This document shows, one piece after another, positions 51,615 through 64,000 of a stretch of 64,000 nt of DNA (position 1 is the stretch's first letter; each line of letters opens with the position of its first letter). The notes under the pieces were generated by a model that saw nothing but the letters and a program-made list of their open reading frames with translations, did not search any database and was not told where the DNA came from. Both the position numbers and the translations under genes were made by a program. This DNA comes from Eledone cirrhosa (Eukaryota): NCBI GenBank assembly GCA_964016885.1, contig OZ024740.1, positions 204,290,001 to 204,354,000 on the forward strand, given 5' to 3'.

Positions 51615-51843
51615 TCTTCTTTTTCTTTTTCTTTTTCTTTTTCTTTTTCTTCTTCTTCTTCTTCTTCTTCTTCTTCTTCTTCTTCTTCTTCTTCTTCTTC
51701 TTCTTCTTCTTCTTCTTCTTCTTCTTCTTCTTCTTCTTCTTCTTCTTCTTCTTCTTCTTCTTCTTCTTCTTCTTCTTCTTCTTCTTCTTCTTCTTCTTCT
51801 TCTTCTTCTTCTTCTTCTTCTTCTTCTTCTTCTTCTTCTTCTT
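51615..51843. repeat. (TTC)n run of about 65 units, the expanded tail of the adjacent antisense RTE
   Basis: Direct reading. Confidence 0.95.
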
Positions 51844-52190
51844 CCTTCGCCCACTTATTCCTGGGGCTGGTGGTGGTGCAGAGTCCTCAAACACTTCTTC
51901 CAGCGGGTCCTGTCAGACACAAACGTCTCCAGCTGATCCGGCTGGATCCCCAAGCGAGACCAACCGAGTTCATAGATGTTATCCAACCATCTTGCCCGGG
52001 GTCTACCCCTGGGTCACTTGCAGGCTGGTTTTTCCCGTAAAATAAATATGTCCAGCAATTCTTTTCTAAGACATTCTAATCACATATCCGTAATACCGGA
52101 ACTGTGATCTTTCAATTCGGTGAAGTAGCGGCTCTACCTGGAGTGACTCTCTGATCTCCGAGCTACGCACTCTATCGAGTAACGTTACAC
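51844..52190 (-). mobile_element. RTE 3' fragment, same family as 870-1170 and 1720-2350
   Basis: Reverse complement matches about 2027-2335. Confidence 0.82.
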
Positions 52191-52546
52191 AGCAGCAACA
52201 CACACATTTCAGATTTCAAATTTTCCGAAAGTTTCTTATGTTTACCAGTTGTTTGCATTGCTAGCTACATGCACAACATTTTCTTTAAAAAAACAGGAGT
52301 TGGTGGTCATCGGCATTTAGCGTTGTGGTAGTGCACTTGCCAAGTATCTGGCACTTGCCAAGCACTTGCCAGGGATATTCTCAACTATTATTATAGTCAT
52401 ATGCATTAGGTTGCACATATTTCAATTTACTAAGATATATCCCAAGACTACCTTTGTCATTAAATTGTTCGCGATGTAAATGCAACTTTTGAAATGAATG
52501 AAGAATATGCTATATATATATATATATATATATTGTGGTTTTACAG

Positions 52547-52685
52547 AGGGAGTTCGACTTGTTGATGGCAACACAGACACGGAAGGAACTGTCGAGATTT
52601 TTCAAACAAATAGATGGGGCAGCCTATGCAGTGACTATTGGAGCAATAGCAATGCACTGGTCATCTGTCGGATGTTAGGTTACAT
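52547..52685 (+). CDS. SRCR gene exon (N-terminal half)
   Basis: ttacag| phase 1 GVRLVDGNTDTEGTVEIFQTNRWGSLCSDYWSNSNALVICRMLGY |gtatgt phase 2. Confidence 0.95.
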
Positions 52686-52929
52686 GTATGTATAACATTC
52701 TTTTATTACTAATTTCAGGCATTAGACTGTGGTTAAGCTGAGGCACTGCTTTGATTTAGTCCATCATATAGAGCCCAGTATGTTTTTGTTTCAAGTCTGG
52801 TACTAATTTTATTGATCTCTCTTTCTTTTTGGTTTTCTCATCGATAATTTACGGGACATAAACATAGACACGGACGCGTGCGCACATACACACACACAAA
52901 CACTCAGACAAACACACGCACTCACATAC

Positions 52930-52990
<61 letters not shown>

Positions 52991-53147
52991 GTTTCGTTGA
53001 CAAGTATATCAATGTGCACAGACACGCAGATATATTGCCCTTAGTATGACAGTGTGGTTTTAGCTCAATGTAGGATAACTAGTATACTACAGAGCCGTTA
53101 TAGGTTTAGGAATAACCAAAGAGTGCTTAGAAATACATTGTTTTATT

Positions 53148-53194
53148 AGCTAACAGTGTTTCATCCATACCCTATGGCAGGAATCATCAGAGCC
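53148..53194 (-). ncRNA. Minimal type I hammerhead motif in the PLE terminal repeat
   Basis: ggct-CTGATGA-ttcctgccatagggtatggat-GAAAC-act-GTT-agct. Confidence 0.75.
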
Positions 53195-56100
53195 TATAAA
53201 TAAAAATATATCAAAGGTTGCAGGCTCCATCAAGCTCAGTCACCAGAAGAAAGAAAAAGGACAAGTAGGGGGTCCCAAGGCCAGCGCTATATAGAAAAAC
53301 ACAATACATGACGCACATAATGTCATAACATGTCATAAAAAAATTACATCAAAAATTTATCGCATAAATGGTGCAATAGATGATAAGGAGGTTGAGAGAG
53401 GAAAGCAAGAAATGAGTGAGAGTGTTACTCAGCATAATCAAAAAACAACAAAAAACAAAACAAAAAAAAAACAAAGCAAAGCATAGATACATCAATTCAC
53501 AAGCAGTGCAAATACTGGATGTACAGGCAGAGTATGAGAGCTTGCAAGCATGAGTCCGTGAAAAGAAAAGTTGGTTAGATGTTGTACAGCTTTACATGTA
53601 GGGTTGTCTATAGGAAGGACGGTGCACTCCAGTTATATCGCCTTGTAACAGGTCGATTTCTCCATATCATACCAACACCCTCCATCCATTGGTTCCAGTT
53701 CCAAGCGTTAGGCGATATAACACTATGTCTCCAAAACATATACCCAGAGGATTTCTCCACATAGGCAGTCTGCAATAAACACCTTAAATCTAAAATAAAG
53801 TAAAGTACGATGAGGTGAAGTAAAGTACATGTACAGCCAGCACTCCAGTGAAGAAAGTGAAAATAAGACAGGTCCGCAATATCTGCTATCTCCCAAAGTC
53901 CTCGCGTTCGGTCACGCAACCCCACGTCCCACGTGAAATACACTGTATGGCCGAGTCGGCATCGAACTAAAGTGCCATACCATATGTAAATATACCACAG
54001 TAAATGTTATTCGTGATGGCTAGTCAGTCACGTAGACAGAAAGCGTATATAGAAAACTCCGCTTACGGAATTACCTATGGCAGAGTGAAGGAAAAGCAGT
54101 TATGGTTACATTAATAAGCGGGTTTATTAGAGTGAGTGCAACATTTCTGTTGTGTGCAGATACTGTAGAATATATAGTAAACTCACGGCTAAAACTGTTA
54201 ATGACAACAATGTTGTTTACATGTCCGCCAAGTGGTTTTCGTGTAGATTACTAAATCCGGAGGTTGTAATCCTTTCACAGACGGGTATAACCCCTCCTGG
54301 GTCGACTGGAAGTCAATATCCACCGTCGCACACTGCCTTGAGTGTGGTTCTATAATTCATCATATTTGCAGCACAATTCATATTCCACAATTTCAAAAGT
54401 TACCCTCTCGCTAGTAACACACAACGGTTGTCAGAATACAAACTCAGGATGTCGTTGTGTGCTTATGAAAAGTATGGGAGGCAATTCCTGTCATAAAGGG
54501 CGGATTCATTACATATCCCCGAGACGCTTGGGGAAAATCATTTGTTCGATTCAAACCCTTCAGCGACCAATTACCCGTTCCCTCTGGGGTTTAATCGATC
54601 CTGTCGCACTTAGTCCACTCGATTTTCTCATATTGTTCACTATACTATGTTGGATCTATCTCACACCCTAAGGTCAAGGCTATCTGGACCCCAGATGCCC
54701 AAGCCATCCGCCTTATAGCTGCAGCGGAGTTTGTTGGGTTTTCGACAAACTATTTGGCTGTGCTATCAGTTAGCGCACAATGGGTATGTTTATAAACCAT
54801 ATCCCTTTGGTTAGTGTGGCTAGGTGCTTGTATAGGGTCAAACTGTGCTTGGTATAGTGAAAAGCCTTAAGTAGGTTGTACTCTATGGGTTATTGGCTTG
54901 TGGTAAAAAGATGAATTAAGGAAAAGAGGAAGAAAAAATAATAGAGAAGGGAAGAGAGAAATAAAAGAGGAGAGGAGCCTATATACACTTGAAGAGCAGT
55001 TATGATTACAGAGGAACCAGGATCAAGGGTGGCGTGGTTTTACGTAGGCCTGATAGGAGGGAGGTGTGCATGTCCTACAGCGTTAGCTAATTGGTCTAAA
55101 GTAATAGAAGGAGCTAAGATTTATGTGCGGGCAAGAAGAGAATATTTCCTATTTAACAGGTTCAGTTTGGAGTATATTATGGCGTGTGACTCAGAGAGAC
55201 AAAAGTCACAAGTCTTGCTAGGGGGTCTGTACTGCGATGATTTAGTGATAATTCTCCAATCAAGCGTGTATTGAATATTGGTGTTCTTCAGGAGGGATAT
55301 GTAACTAGCTAGGAATGTGGTATACTTAAGTCTATCATGCCTAAACGTATAGCGATGGGAGTTGTATCTAGTCTTAAAGGAGGTCGATGTAGATCCTATA
55401 TATGTTTTGGAAGAGGTCCGAGTTGTAACTTTACAAGCGTAGACAATATTGTTTATAAGGCACAGCCCCTTCAGGGGGCACTCCGCCTTTCGTCTGCAGT
55501 TACATTTGCGGTGTATGTCACTCTGCGGTACAGGAGATGGTTGGTTTTCCGTATGTCTCTGATTTGGCAACCGTACATCAGATGTGTGGATAGTACTGCT
55601 GGGTAACGCCGCATCCGGTCCATCTAGTGGCTGCGGCTGTCCCGCAGATGCAATGGTATCGAAACCCTTTCTAACTTTTCTGTTGTTCGTTAGGGCTAGG
55701 TGACGAGCTAGATTTGGAGTGGTGGAGAATGATAGCTTAACTGTGTTTTTATTAATGATGCTATGGTATTTACTACAGGGTGGGGGTCCAAGATCGAAAA
55801 GAATGCCTTTGGTATATTGGTTGATACCTCCGAGTTGTAAGGTGGATTAAAGTAGGAATTAGATCTTCATCTATTTTTTCTATTTTTCGTACTGGGGGAA
55901 GAGTTAGCACCGCGCGTAGACATCCCACCTTCTGTGGTAGAGAGAACCTTGGATGGTAACCTTACCCGGAGGGGTTCGCTGGTTTCTCTGTCATTTCTAT
56001 TGTATCTCGAGTTTCTAGCTTTTATCCTACTGTTAGTATTATTGCTACACCGAGGAGGCGTGTTAGATGGAGTCGGTTGGGGTTGGCCAGAGCCGCTTAC

Positions 56101-57198
56101 TGCACCCACGTTGTTCCTGTTTTTGTGTCTGCTTCTATTAGGCAAAACCATATTGTGCGTGATTACATTATACGGTCCGGCCCTGGTGGTTTGGGAGTTG
56201 TTAGGTATATAGTATATTTTTTCTCTAAAACCAGACTTTTCTAGTGCCTTATTATAGTACCTTGCATTAGACCTAAATGTATCCTCATTATGTGATAGTC
56301 TGCTAATCCTATTGGATACCCCTTTAATTATGGCATTTAGGACGGGTCTAGGGTGATTGGAATTGGCATCTACGTATGTGATAAGGTGAGAAGTTATTTA
56401 TTTTCCAGGTCTAGAGTTACGTCTAGAAAGTTAACCGTTTTATTATTTATGTCTATCGTTATACTAAGGTTAAAGCTTTTGAAGAATTTATGTAGGTCTT
56501 TTCTCGTCCTTTCTATATTATGTTTTTTATATTCAATAGTGAACAGGGCGTCATCACGGTACAGCCCGCCTCTGAAATGCGGGAATGTCTTATGTAGTTC
56601 ATGGAGGAGGTATAGTCCAACCAAATCAGTAACCTGTGCCGAATCGCTGGACCCCATTGTGATATCGAAGTTATTCGGCGTGTTCTTCCGGGTCCAAAGT
56701 TGCCCTCGAAGAGGATGATAGTTCTCCGGGCAGCAAGGATAATGTCAATTTGGGATCTAGTCAGGTCACTATTTTGCATAGCTAATATAAGGGCCTTATT
56801 TAGAAGGATGGGAGAGATGGAAGTGTAGTAGGAGTATGCTTGCAAGCTCTCATACTCTGTCTGTACATCCAGTATTTGCACTGCTTGTGAATTGATGTAT
56901 CTATGCTTTGCTTTGTTTTGTTTTTTGTTTGTTTTTTTTTTGTTTTTTTTTTTATCATGCTGAATAACACTCTCGCTGATTTCTTGCTTTCCTCTCTCAA
57001 CCTTCTTATCATCTATTGCACCATCTATGCGATAAATTTTTGATGTAATTTTTTATGACATGTTATGACATTATGTGCGTCATATATTGTGTGTTTTTCT
57101 ATATAGCGCTGGCCTTGGGACCCCCTACTTGTCCTTTTTCCTTGTTCTGGTGACTGAGCTTGATGGAGCCTGCAACCTTTGATATATTTTTGTTTATA

Positions 57199-57245
57199 GG
57201 CTCTGATGATTCCTGCCATAGGGTATGGATGAAACACTGTTAGCT
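57199..57245 (+). ncRNA. Identical hammerhead motif in the inverted terminal copy (sense to the SRCR pre-mRNA)
   Basis: Same sequence as 53148-53194, on the + strand. Confidence 0.75.
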
Positions 57246-57306
57246 AATAAAACAATGTATTTCTAAGCACTCTTTGGTTATTCCTAAACCTATATATATA
57301 TATATA

Positions 57307-57421
<115 letters not shown>

Positions 57422-57683
57422 TTAAAAGTGACAAAGGCGTTGTGTGGTTACTAATAAATATTGTTTAGAAAACGTAAGACAAACACAAACATAAGGACAA
57501 TTCCCGCTCTTCGGCTGTCTGCTGTGGGTCACTGATGTTTCGGTACAATAAAAACAGTAAATCTAACCACAGTGCGTTAATAACTACGAGGTATAGTTAT
57601 TCGGGAAGGAAACAGCAACAAAAAACAGAGACGATAGCGAAGAGAACGACAGAAAAAGAAACTAAACAGAAGAAAAACATAAC

Positions 57684-57774
<91 letters not shown>

Positions 57775-59579
57775 GGCGGGTTTCTGCAGTTTACGTCTTA
57801 CCATTTACAAGGCATACCTGAAGCTATAGTTGGCGCAGCGCATCATGACTGAGCCCAGAACTACGTGGTTTCGAAACAAACTCCTTAATGACACACACGA
57901 GCCTAGACCTATGTACATAATATAAAAAGACTTAAAATTTCCTTAATTATCATCACACCTTTACAATTTTAATTCTCCTTTTATCAAAGTTATACTATTA
58001 AAATATTTGTATATGCAGTGCATATCTTATGCAGTTTTGAACATGCGGAAAATATATTTTTTTTAAATAAAAAAAAGCTGTAAAACTCTTAGTGTCCTGT
58101 TCCACGTGAAACCGTATCACCTAATGTAAGGGAGAAAACTCTATCGTTTACTGCAACCATTTTATTTTACCTGATTTTTTTTTCAACCTCCTGAGAACAT
58201 CAAAGAATGTGGGCACACATTTATTAGGGTCTTGAACATACGCAGTATGGAGAACGCAGGAAGCTTTTGTAATAATTGACCGAGTAGGACGCGAGACAAT
58301 TGTACATATAGAAAATCACTTAATTTATCCAGAATTACCGTGTTCACTTTGCATATTTGATACGCGGTTATCCTCAGATTCATATATTAAATTCTCAGTG
58401 TTTCATATACATATGACATGAGAAATTATTTGGTCTCCTCTGGTCTTCAACTTTAAGATGAATTTAATGTAAATATAGCTACCATTTCTTTAATTAAAAG
58501 TCTTCGCTGGGAAAAGAATGAAATTTAAAATGTAAAGACTATCAATTATTTCTCCGTACTCATAAAAATATAAGAGGTTATTCTTGTACATTTCAGACAT
58601 TTGTGTTTAAATCAGATGAAAACTACTCTTGTAATTCTGTGTACAGAACAATATTGCTATAGCAACGCTATATGTCATACTGAATATAGGGAATACCTGT
58701 AACGGTCAGTCTAATTTGTATGACATGTATAGGTTTAGCAAGTAATCAGATAATAAATATTTAAGCTGGAACAGCGTATATTTACAGATGTATATATATG
58801 TATATTTACAGATGTATATATATATGTATATGTTCTGTTTCTTTACGTTCTGAGTTCAAATCCCATCAAGGTCAACTTTCATCCTCTATAATATAAAGTA
58901 CCATTCAACCACTGGGGTCGATGTAACCATTTTATCACCGCCACCCCGAAAATGCTAGCTTTGAGCTTAAATTAGAAACTATTTTATCGATTCCTCTATG
59001 TTTTTTTCTGCCATTGTTTCCTATTCTGAAATTCTCGTGAGTTTATTAAATCTCATCATTGAAGTATAATTGCTTGCGTGACTTTTGTAACGATATACAG
59101 ATCGATGGGCCCTAACTGTCTTTTCCGATGATGGTGTCGATTTCACTCTTCAGAATATATGGTAACTAATGATAAAAACCGGTCGTCAAATCAGAAAAAG
59201 GAAACCTTGCTTCCATTGGTATTTCCATTGCAGATGATATATGTGTGGGTCACAAACCTGAAAGAGGCGTTACCAGTCTTCCAGTGATAGGTAGTGGGCT
59301 TTGTACTCAAAATGGATACAGCCAGAATAGATACGGCAAAGGATCCCAGCCGACAATTTTACCAATTCCGCCAATCCAACTCATGGATCGGGACTTTATT
59401 TATCGCCCTTGAACGGATGAAAGGCCAAGTTAACCTTGGCTGGATTTAATTACGGACCTCACATTTGCCGAAACAAATACAGAAGTATTTTAATCCAACG
59501 CTTTAACGACTCTGGGGCAACTAAATTACAGTAAAACTCTATATCTTATTCATACTAAAATATTGTTCTTTCTTTCTAG

Positions 59580-59755
59580 GTATGGATCTGGCTATCAAAT
59601 ACCAAAAACTACGGGTTTCACATCAACTATTTCTCCATTAATAATTCAGAATCCTATGAATTGTAGTGGAAATGAAAGTTCTATTTTTGATTGTCCTCCT
59701 GTTTTATTTACCATTCAATGCCATTACCCAGGAGCTCAAGTCTTTTGTGCAGACG
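59580..59755 (+). CDS. SRCR gene exon (divergent C-terminal half)
   Basis: ttctag| phase 2 YGSGYQIPKTTGFTSTISPLIIQNPMNCSGNESSIFDCPPVLFTIQCHYPGAQVFCAD |gttagt phase 1; four Cys at SRCR spacing. Confidence 0.88.
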
Positions 59756-59911
59756 GTTAGTTCAACTTATGGCGTTTACTTTGTTTTATGCCCCCAAATG
59801 TACTAATTATGTTTCACTCGACAGTAGCCCGTATATCAAAATGATTTCAACATATATTGGTGAGTAATTCATTGGAATTTAGTACATAGTTGAGAATGTT
59901 TTAATAAATAA

Positions 59912-60065
59912 TTGTTTCTACTTTTGGCACAAGGCCAGCAATTACCCCAGTGCATTACTGGTACTTTATTTTATCGACCTCGTAAGGATGAAAGGCAAAG
60001 TTAACCTCGGCAGGATTTGAACTCAGAATGTAAAGGGCCATAACTCTATGCTGCAAAGCATGGGG
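59912..60065 (-). mobile_element. SINE family 1, 5'-truncated
   Basis: Reverse complement of family motifs with (ATT) tail. Confidence 0.85.
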
Positions 60066-60114
60066 TATGACGCCAGATTATAAAGGACCAGTGGCACAAA
60101 AGATCACAATATCC

Positions 60115-60600
60115 AAGGAATAAGTTGCTTCGGCCTCAAATCCCGGTACCGTGGCCCGCCTTGCAGAGGAAAGGAAGATAAACAAATACCGGGGATTGTC
60201 CGGCCGCTTCCTCTTCGCACCGGTTGCCATGAGACCTCAGGCGTACTTGGACCCCGTACAGTCGAGCTCCTCCGCAAGATCGGAACATCGGCGGCCCGTC
60301 TGAGGAAGAAGTCCCGTGAGGTGGGGGACTGTTGCAGCGGTTGTCGCTGACCACGGGAATGCTTTTGCAGTCTTGTCCACGAAGCGCTGCCCCATTACCG
60401 CTGCGCCCTAGGCCCAGAGCTCAATCACCCCCTCCCCATTCTTCTATGACCCTAGAGTCCTTGCCATTGCCTTCCTTTTGCGTTTTTCTTTTCTTGTTTC
60501 TTTGTATTTTCCCATTTTATATTCCATTCTTCTCAATCTAAATTTTCCTTTTTTTTATTTTTCTATTAAACTGTATTTACTGATATATTCCATAAATAAA
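60115..60600 (+). mobile_element. CRE-like RLE retrotransposon 3' fragment
   Basis: ARLAEERKINKYRGLSGRFLFAPVA.ETSGVLGPRTVELLRKIG...LLQRLSL...GNAFAVL, then pyrimidine-rich UTR and aataaa. Confidence 0.75.
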
Positions 60601-60739
60601 TAAAATTTACTTCAGTACAGACAATTATGTTAAACCCCAGTACATTACTACCTACATGCTATTTTCCAGTTAAATTTGTAGCCATTTTCTTTTTCACAGT
60701 TTCTGCTTGGTTTGCTAACTACTGTTTAATGAATTGACC

Positions 60740-60990
60740 AGTCGTCATACAGTCCTAATGACAGGGCACAGATGTACTGAATTGTGCACAATTCCACAGT
60801 GATTCACTACATTTTCGACACTGGATGTTTTATAGTATTCAACCAACATGCTACTGTCTACCTCGTATTCTCTGTAAGACATCAGGTAGATGTTGACTCG
60901 TAGTCCTGGTGGACAGAACCCAGAATATGTTATCCAGGATAATAGTGAATGAGATGTACTGAAAGAGCCAGTCCAACTCGTGAAGCTCGT
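60740..60990 (-). mobile_element. Possible decayed mariner transposase remnant
   Basis: FCPPGLRVN resembles mariner F.PPG.TVN; weak. Confidence 0.3.
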
Positions 60991-61526
60991 TGTCACACAT
61001 GGCCATCTTTACTAGTACATTCTTTATAGTCCCTAGATGTTTAAAATATCAATTTAGCCAAGGCGTTATTTGAGAGCAAGTACAAAATACTGCCTAACAT
61101 TCTATCGGTCTATCATTCTAAGAGTTGGAGTTACCGTTCTACATCCATGTTCCATGCTTAACGGATTGGAAGAAGCACGGAACTGGTCCCAGGTTTCATG
61201 GTTGTGAACTAACTGAGGTTAAATGACTTACCCCCTGCACGGGACGCCACTTCGTAGCAGGACTAATAACCTGGAATGACGTGAAATGAAATGCCTTTCA
61301 CAGGGACACGAAAGTATAATTTTAGCGAAAATCGGTTCTAGGAAAAGACTAATACCTGCATTATAGACGCTGAAAGAATGATGGGTGAAATAAACAGAGA
61401 AAACTAAGTACATATCTTAGTAGGAAAAGTCATATACTCTGTTGTTTCTGTCAACTACCATATTCATTATGATTGATAATAACGGGAATTTTTAGACTGC
61501 TAAGTGCAGTGTCACAAATAGAAATA

Positions 61527-61722
61527 CAGACCTGCCAACCTCTAAAAACACAAACGGGAGAGTACCATGAAAACAAGTACCCCAAAAGGGGGAAAAATTA
61601 GGCTATATGGGGAGATTTTACATAATGAAAGCTATACCCATTTTCACAAGAGAAAATATCTCTAGCCCACCCGAAACTGGGTGAGAGATCTTCCCGTCGG
61701 CCGGGGAGAGTTGACAGGTCTG
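61527..61722. mobile_element. 196-bp MITE with 13-bp TIRs and 6-bp target duplication
   Basis: gaaata|cagacctgccaac ... gttgacaggtctg|gaaata. Confidence 0.8.
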
Positions 61723-61880
61723 GAAATAGTTTTGTACCACAACAAATATATCAATACAAAAATTCCTCGCTTACCAGCAAGATTCCGTTATACCGAACTG
61801 GTCGTAAAATATCTTTAGATAAACTTTTGGTATCAGCCGAATGGTGAGAGAGTCAATGAGAATATGCATTTTTTATATTA

Positions 61881-62790
61881 AACTAGCAGTGGTACCTGGC
61901 GTTGCACGGGATAAGGTATTGTGAAATATATAATCGCCTAGGCTAAGCTTAGTATTGCCACAACCACGGTTGGCAAAGAAGTAAGGGTCTGGTAGTACGT
62001 AAGTAAGCAACACTGTGGCTTAAAACGTGAGGAAGAAGTTGTGTGCACTTACCAACTGTTTGGGGAATGAGTGTGAGATTTGTCTTGAGCAAGGGTGGCG
62101 GAATAACCGGAGGCAACAGACAGCCAGACATACAGACAGATATAAGGGCGCGTTCTGGACGCAGAGCGAATTGTAGGAAGTGACGTAATGCAGACAGCCG
62201 ACATACAGACAGATATTATAAGGGCGCGACGTTATATGTATGTATCTATCTAAAAAGAGAAAGACTAATAATTATAGAGAGAGATCGCTAAATCGCCTAA
62301 TGCGGTCCTTAAGGCATTGAAAATTTGAAATTGTTTTTGCTCAGAACACTCCCTGAAACATAAGTATTACATGTGTAAAGTTTGAAAACAGTCGGTTGGG
62401 TGGTTCTCGAGTTTTAGGGATTCAAACTCACACACACACAGACAGACATCCTCAGTTTTATATATATAGACTAGCAGAAAACCACCCGGGGCGGTTTTCT
62501 GCTAGTCTATATATCTCAAACAGACAATGTCTGTCTATCTGTCAGCTCACTAAAACTTGAGAACCATCCAACCGATTGTTTTCAAACTTTAGACATGTAA
62601 TACTTATGGTCCTGTGAGTGTTTTGAGCAAAAATTATTTCAAATTTTCAATGCCCTAGGGACCGCATTAGGCGATTTAGCGTTCTCTCTATATAATTCTT
62701 AGTCTTTCTTTTTAGATAGATACATAGATATAACGTTTCGCCCTTATAATATCTGTCTGTATGTCTGACTGTCTGCATTACGTCATTATG
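61881..62790. mobile_element. Two tail-to-tail Helentron/DINE-1-like non-autonomous elements forming a ~600-bp palindrome
   Basis: Start actagcagtggtacctggcgttgcacggg, (CAGA)n and ttttatatatataga end; 62181-62450 is inverted at about 62525-62786. Confidence 0.7.
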
Positions 62791-63271
62791 ACGCGCTCAG
62801 TGTGTGTGTGTGTGTGTGTATATATATATGTATCGTAATGCAGACAGCAAGACAAAGCTTTCCTTCCCCTCTTCCAGCGTCTCTCTCTCTCCTTCCCGCT
62901 ATCCCCCTCTTGTAGTCTGTCTCTTTCTTTCACTCTCACTCTCTCTCTCTACGCGTCGGACAGACAGACAGAGAAATTGCTGGTTATATATTATAAGGAG
63001 ATGATATTATTTCAATGAAGAAATTCATGAAAGTCTAATGGAGACATTTTATTAATAATTGTAAATTTGTTTTATCAAACAAAACTCTTACAAACATTAA
63101 AAAATAATTCATGTTGAAACATAAAACAAGGATATGCTGGGTAAAGAACATAGAAAAATATGTAAAATAAAATAATTACGTGAAAGAAATTAAAAATGCA
63201 CATAATATTTACAGGAGTTGCTGTATAGGAATAAACAGATTTTAATTATCATTCTATTTATATTTATCTAG

Positions 63272-63410
63272 TTGGTGTCCGATTTGTTGATAAGATATCT
63301 GACAACGCTGGAGCTATCGAAGTTCTCGTTAAAAACGAATGGCAATCAATATGTCCGACTTCATGGAATGAAAACGCAGCATTTACAATATGTAACATGT
63401 TGGGTTTCGA
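63272..63410 (+). CDS. SRCR gene exon (N-terminal half, divergent)
   Basis: atctag| phase 1 GVRFVDKISDNAGAIEVLVKNEWQSICPTSWNENAAFTICNMLGF |gtgagt phase 2; 139 bp like the other N-half exons. Confidence 0.9.
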
Positions 63411-63491
63411 GTGAGTAGAGAAAACTGTTGATATTTTGTTGAAGCTAAAGTCACTACTGTCTCAAATACGCAAATATTATTTCTCACCGCT

Positions 63492-63686
63492 AGGGCGGTG
63501 GATTGGCAGTATCGGTAGAGGGTCGGACGCCATGCTTTACAGCAAAGAGTTACGGCCCTTTATGATCTGAGTTCAAATCCCGCCAAGGTTAACTTTGCCT
63601 TTCATCCTTACGGGGTCGATAAAATAAAGTACCAGTAATACACTGGGATAATTGCTGGCCTTGTGCCAAAAGAAGAAACAATTATT
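63492..63686 (+). mobile_element. SINE family 1, full length
   Basis: gggcggtggattggcagtatcggtagag ... ggccttgtgccaaaagaagaaacaattatt. Confidence 0.9.
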
Positions 63687-63711
63687 TCTCATCAGATGGA
63701 ACACGTAATAG

Positions 63712-63843
63712 TGCTTTATTTTATCGACCCAGTAAGAATGAAAGGTTAAGCTAACCTCGGAGGGATTTGAACTCAGAACGTAAAGGGCTGTAACTCAATG
63801 CTGTAAAGCATGTTGATCGATGCTCTGCAGATTCTGCCAGCTC
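63712..63843 (-). mobile_element. SINE family 1, partial, inverted relative to the preceding copy
   Basis: Reverse complement of head and central block. Confidence 0.8.
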
Positions 63844-64000
63844 GAAGACGTTAAGAGTTAAATATTTGAGACATTTTCGTAGTAGAAAAGTTATAAGACT
63901 GTTTACTGCAACTCCTTGTAAAAAAATATACCATTTCATTATATATCCTGTATCAGAAATTGTTGTATCATGTATAATTCCGCAAAGACAATTTATAAAC

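Larger units (their letters stand above)
53100..57291 (-). mobile_element. Penelope-like element (Naiad-type), 5'-truncated, with a ~450-bp inverted terminal copy
   Basis: MGSSDSAQVTDLVGLYLL, GLYRDDAL, FLDVTLDL, CNCRRKAECPLKGLC, YIGSTSTSFKTRYNSH; 53100-53551 is the reverse complement of 56837-57291. Confidence 0.9.

Noticed and set aside
51315-52040. 241-aa ORF with poly-Ser, and poly-R/K/L ORFs in other frames
   Set aside because: Only 51437-51609 is exon; the rest is intronic (TTC)n read-through
55121-55570. Selenocysteine-encoding Naiad
   Set aside because: Conserved Cys positions in the endonuclease region are ordinary Cys codons; the breaks look like frameshift decay

Overview
AT-rich animal DNA dense in microsatellites and transposons; the repeat content suggests a coleoid cephalopod such as Octopus (inference). 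The only host gene I can support is a + strand multi-SRCR (scavenger receptor cysteine-rich, group A) gene, with six phase-compatible exons at 33426-63410 that the ORF track mostly misses. Everything else appears to be intronic repeat. The main feature is a 21-kb stack (3653-24746) of non-LTR retrotransposons, all inserted into one (TAA)n microsatellite. It holds two full-length copies of a Tx1/L1-type APE family, one copy of a second Tx1-type family, a SINE with an (ATT)n tail, and an R4/Dong-type RLE element in the opposite orientation. The second theme is a set of minimal type I hammerhead ribozyme motifs, linked to Penelope-like (Naiad-type) elements and a retrozyme-like unit, together with many local fold-back inversions. 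RTE, CRE, Helitron/Helentron-like, mariner-like and MITE remnants are also present. All calls were made by eye and no database search was run.
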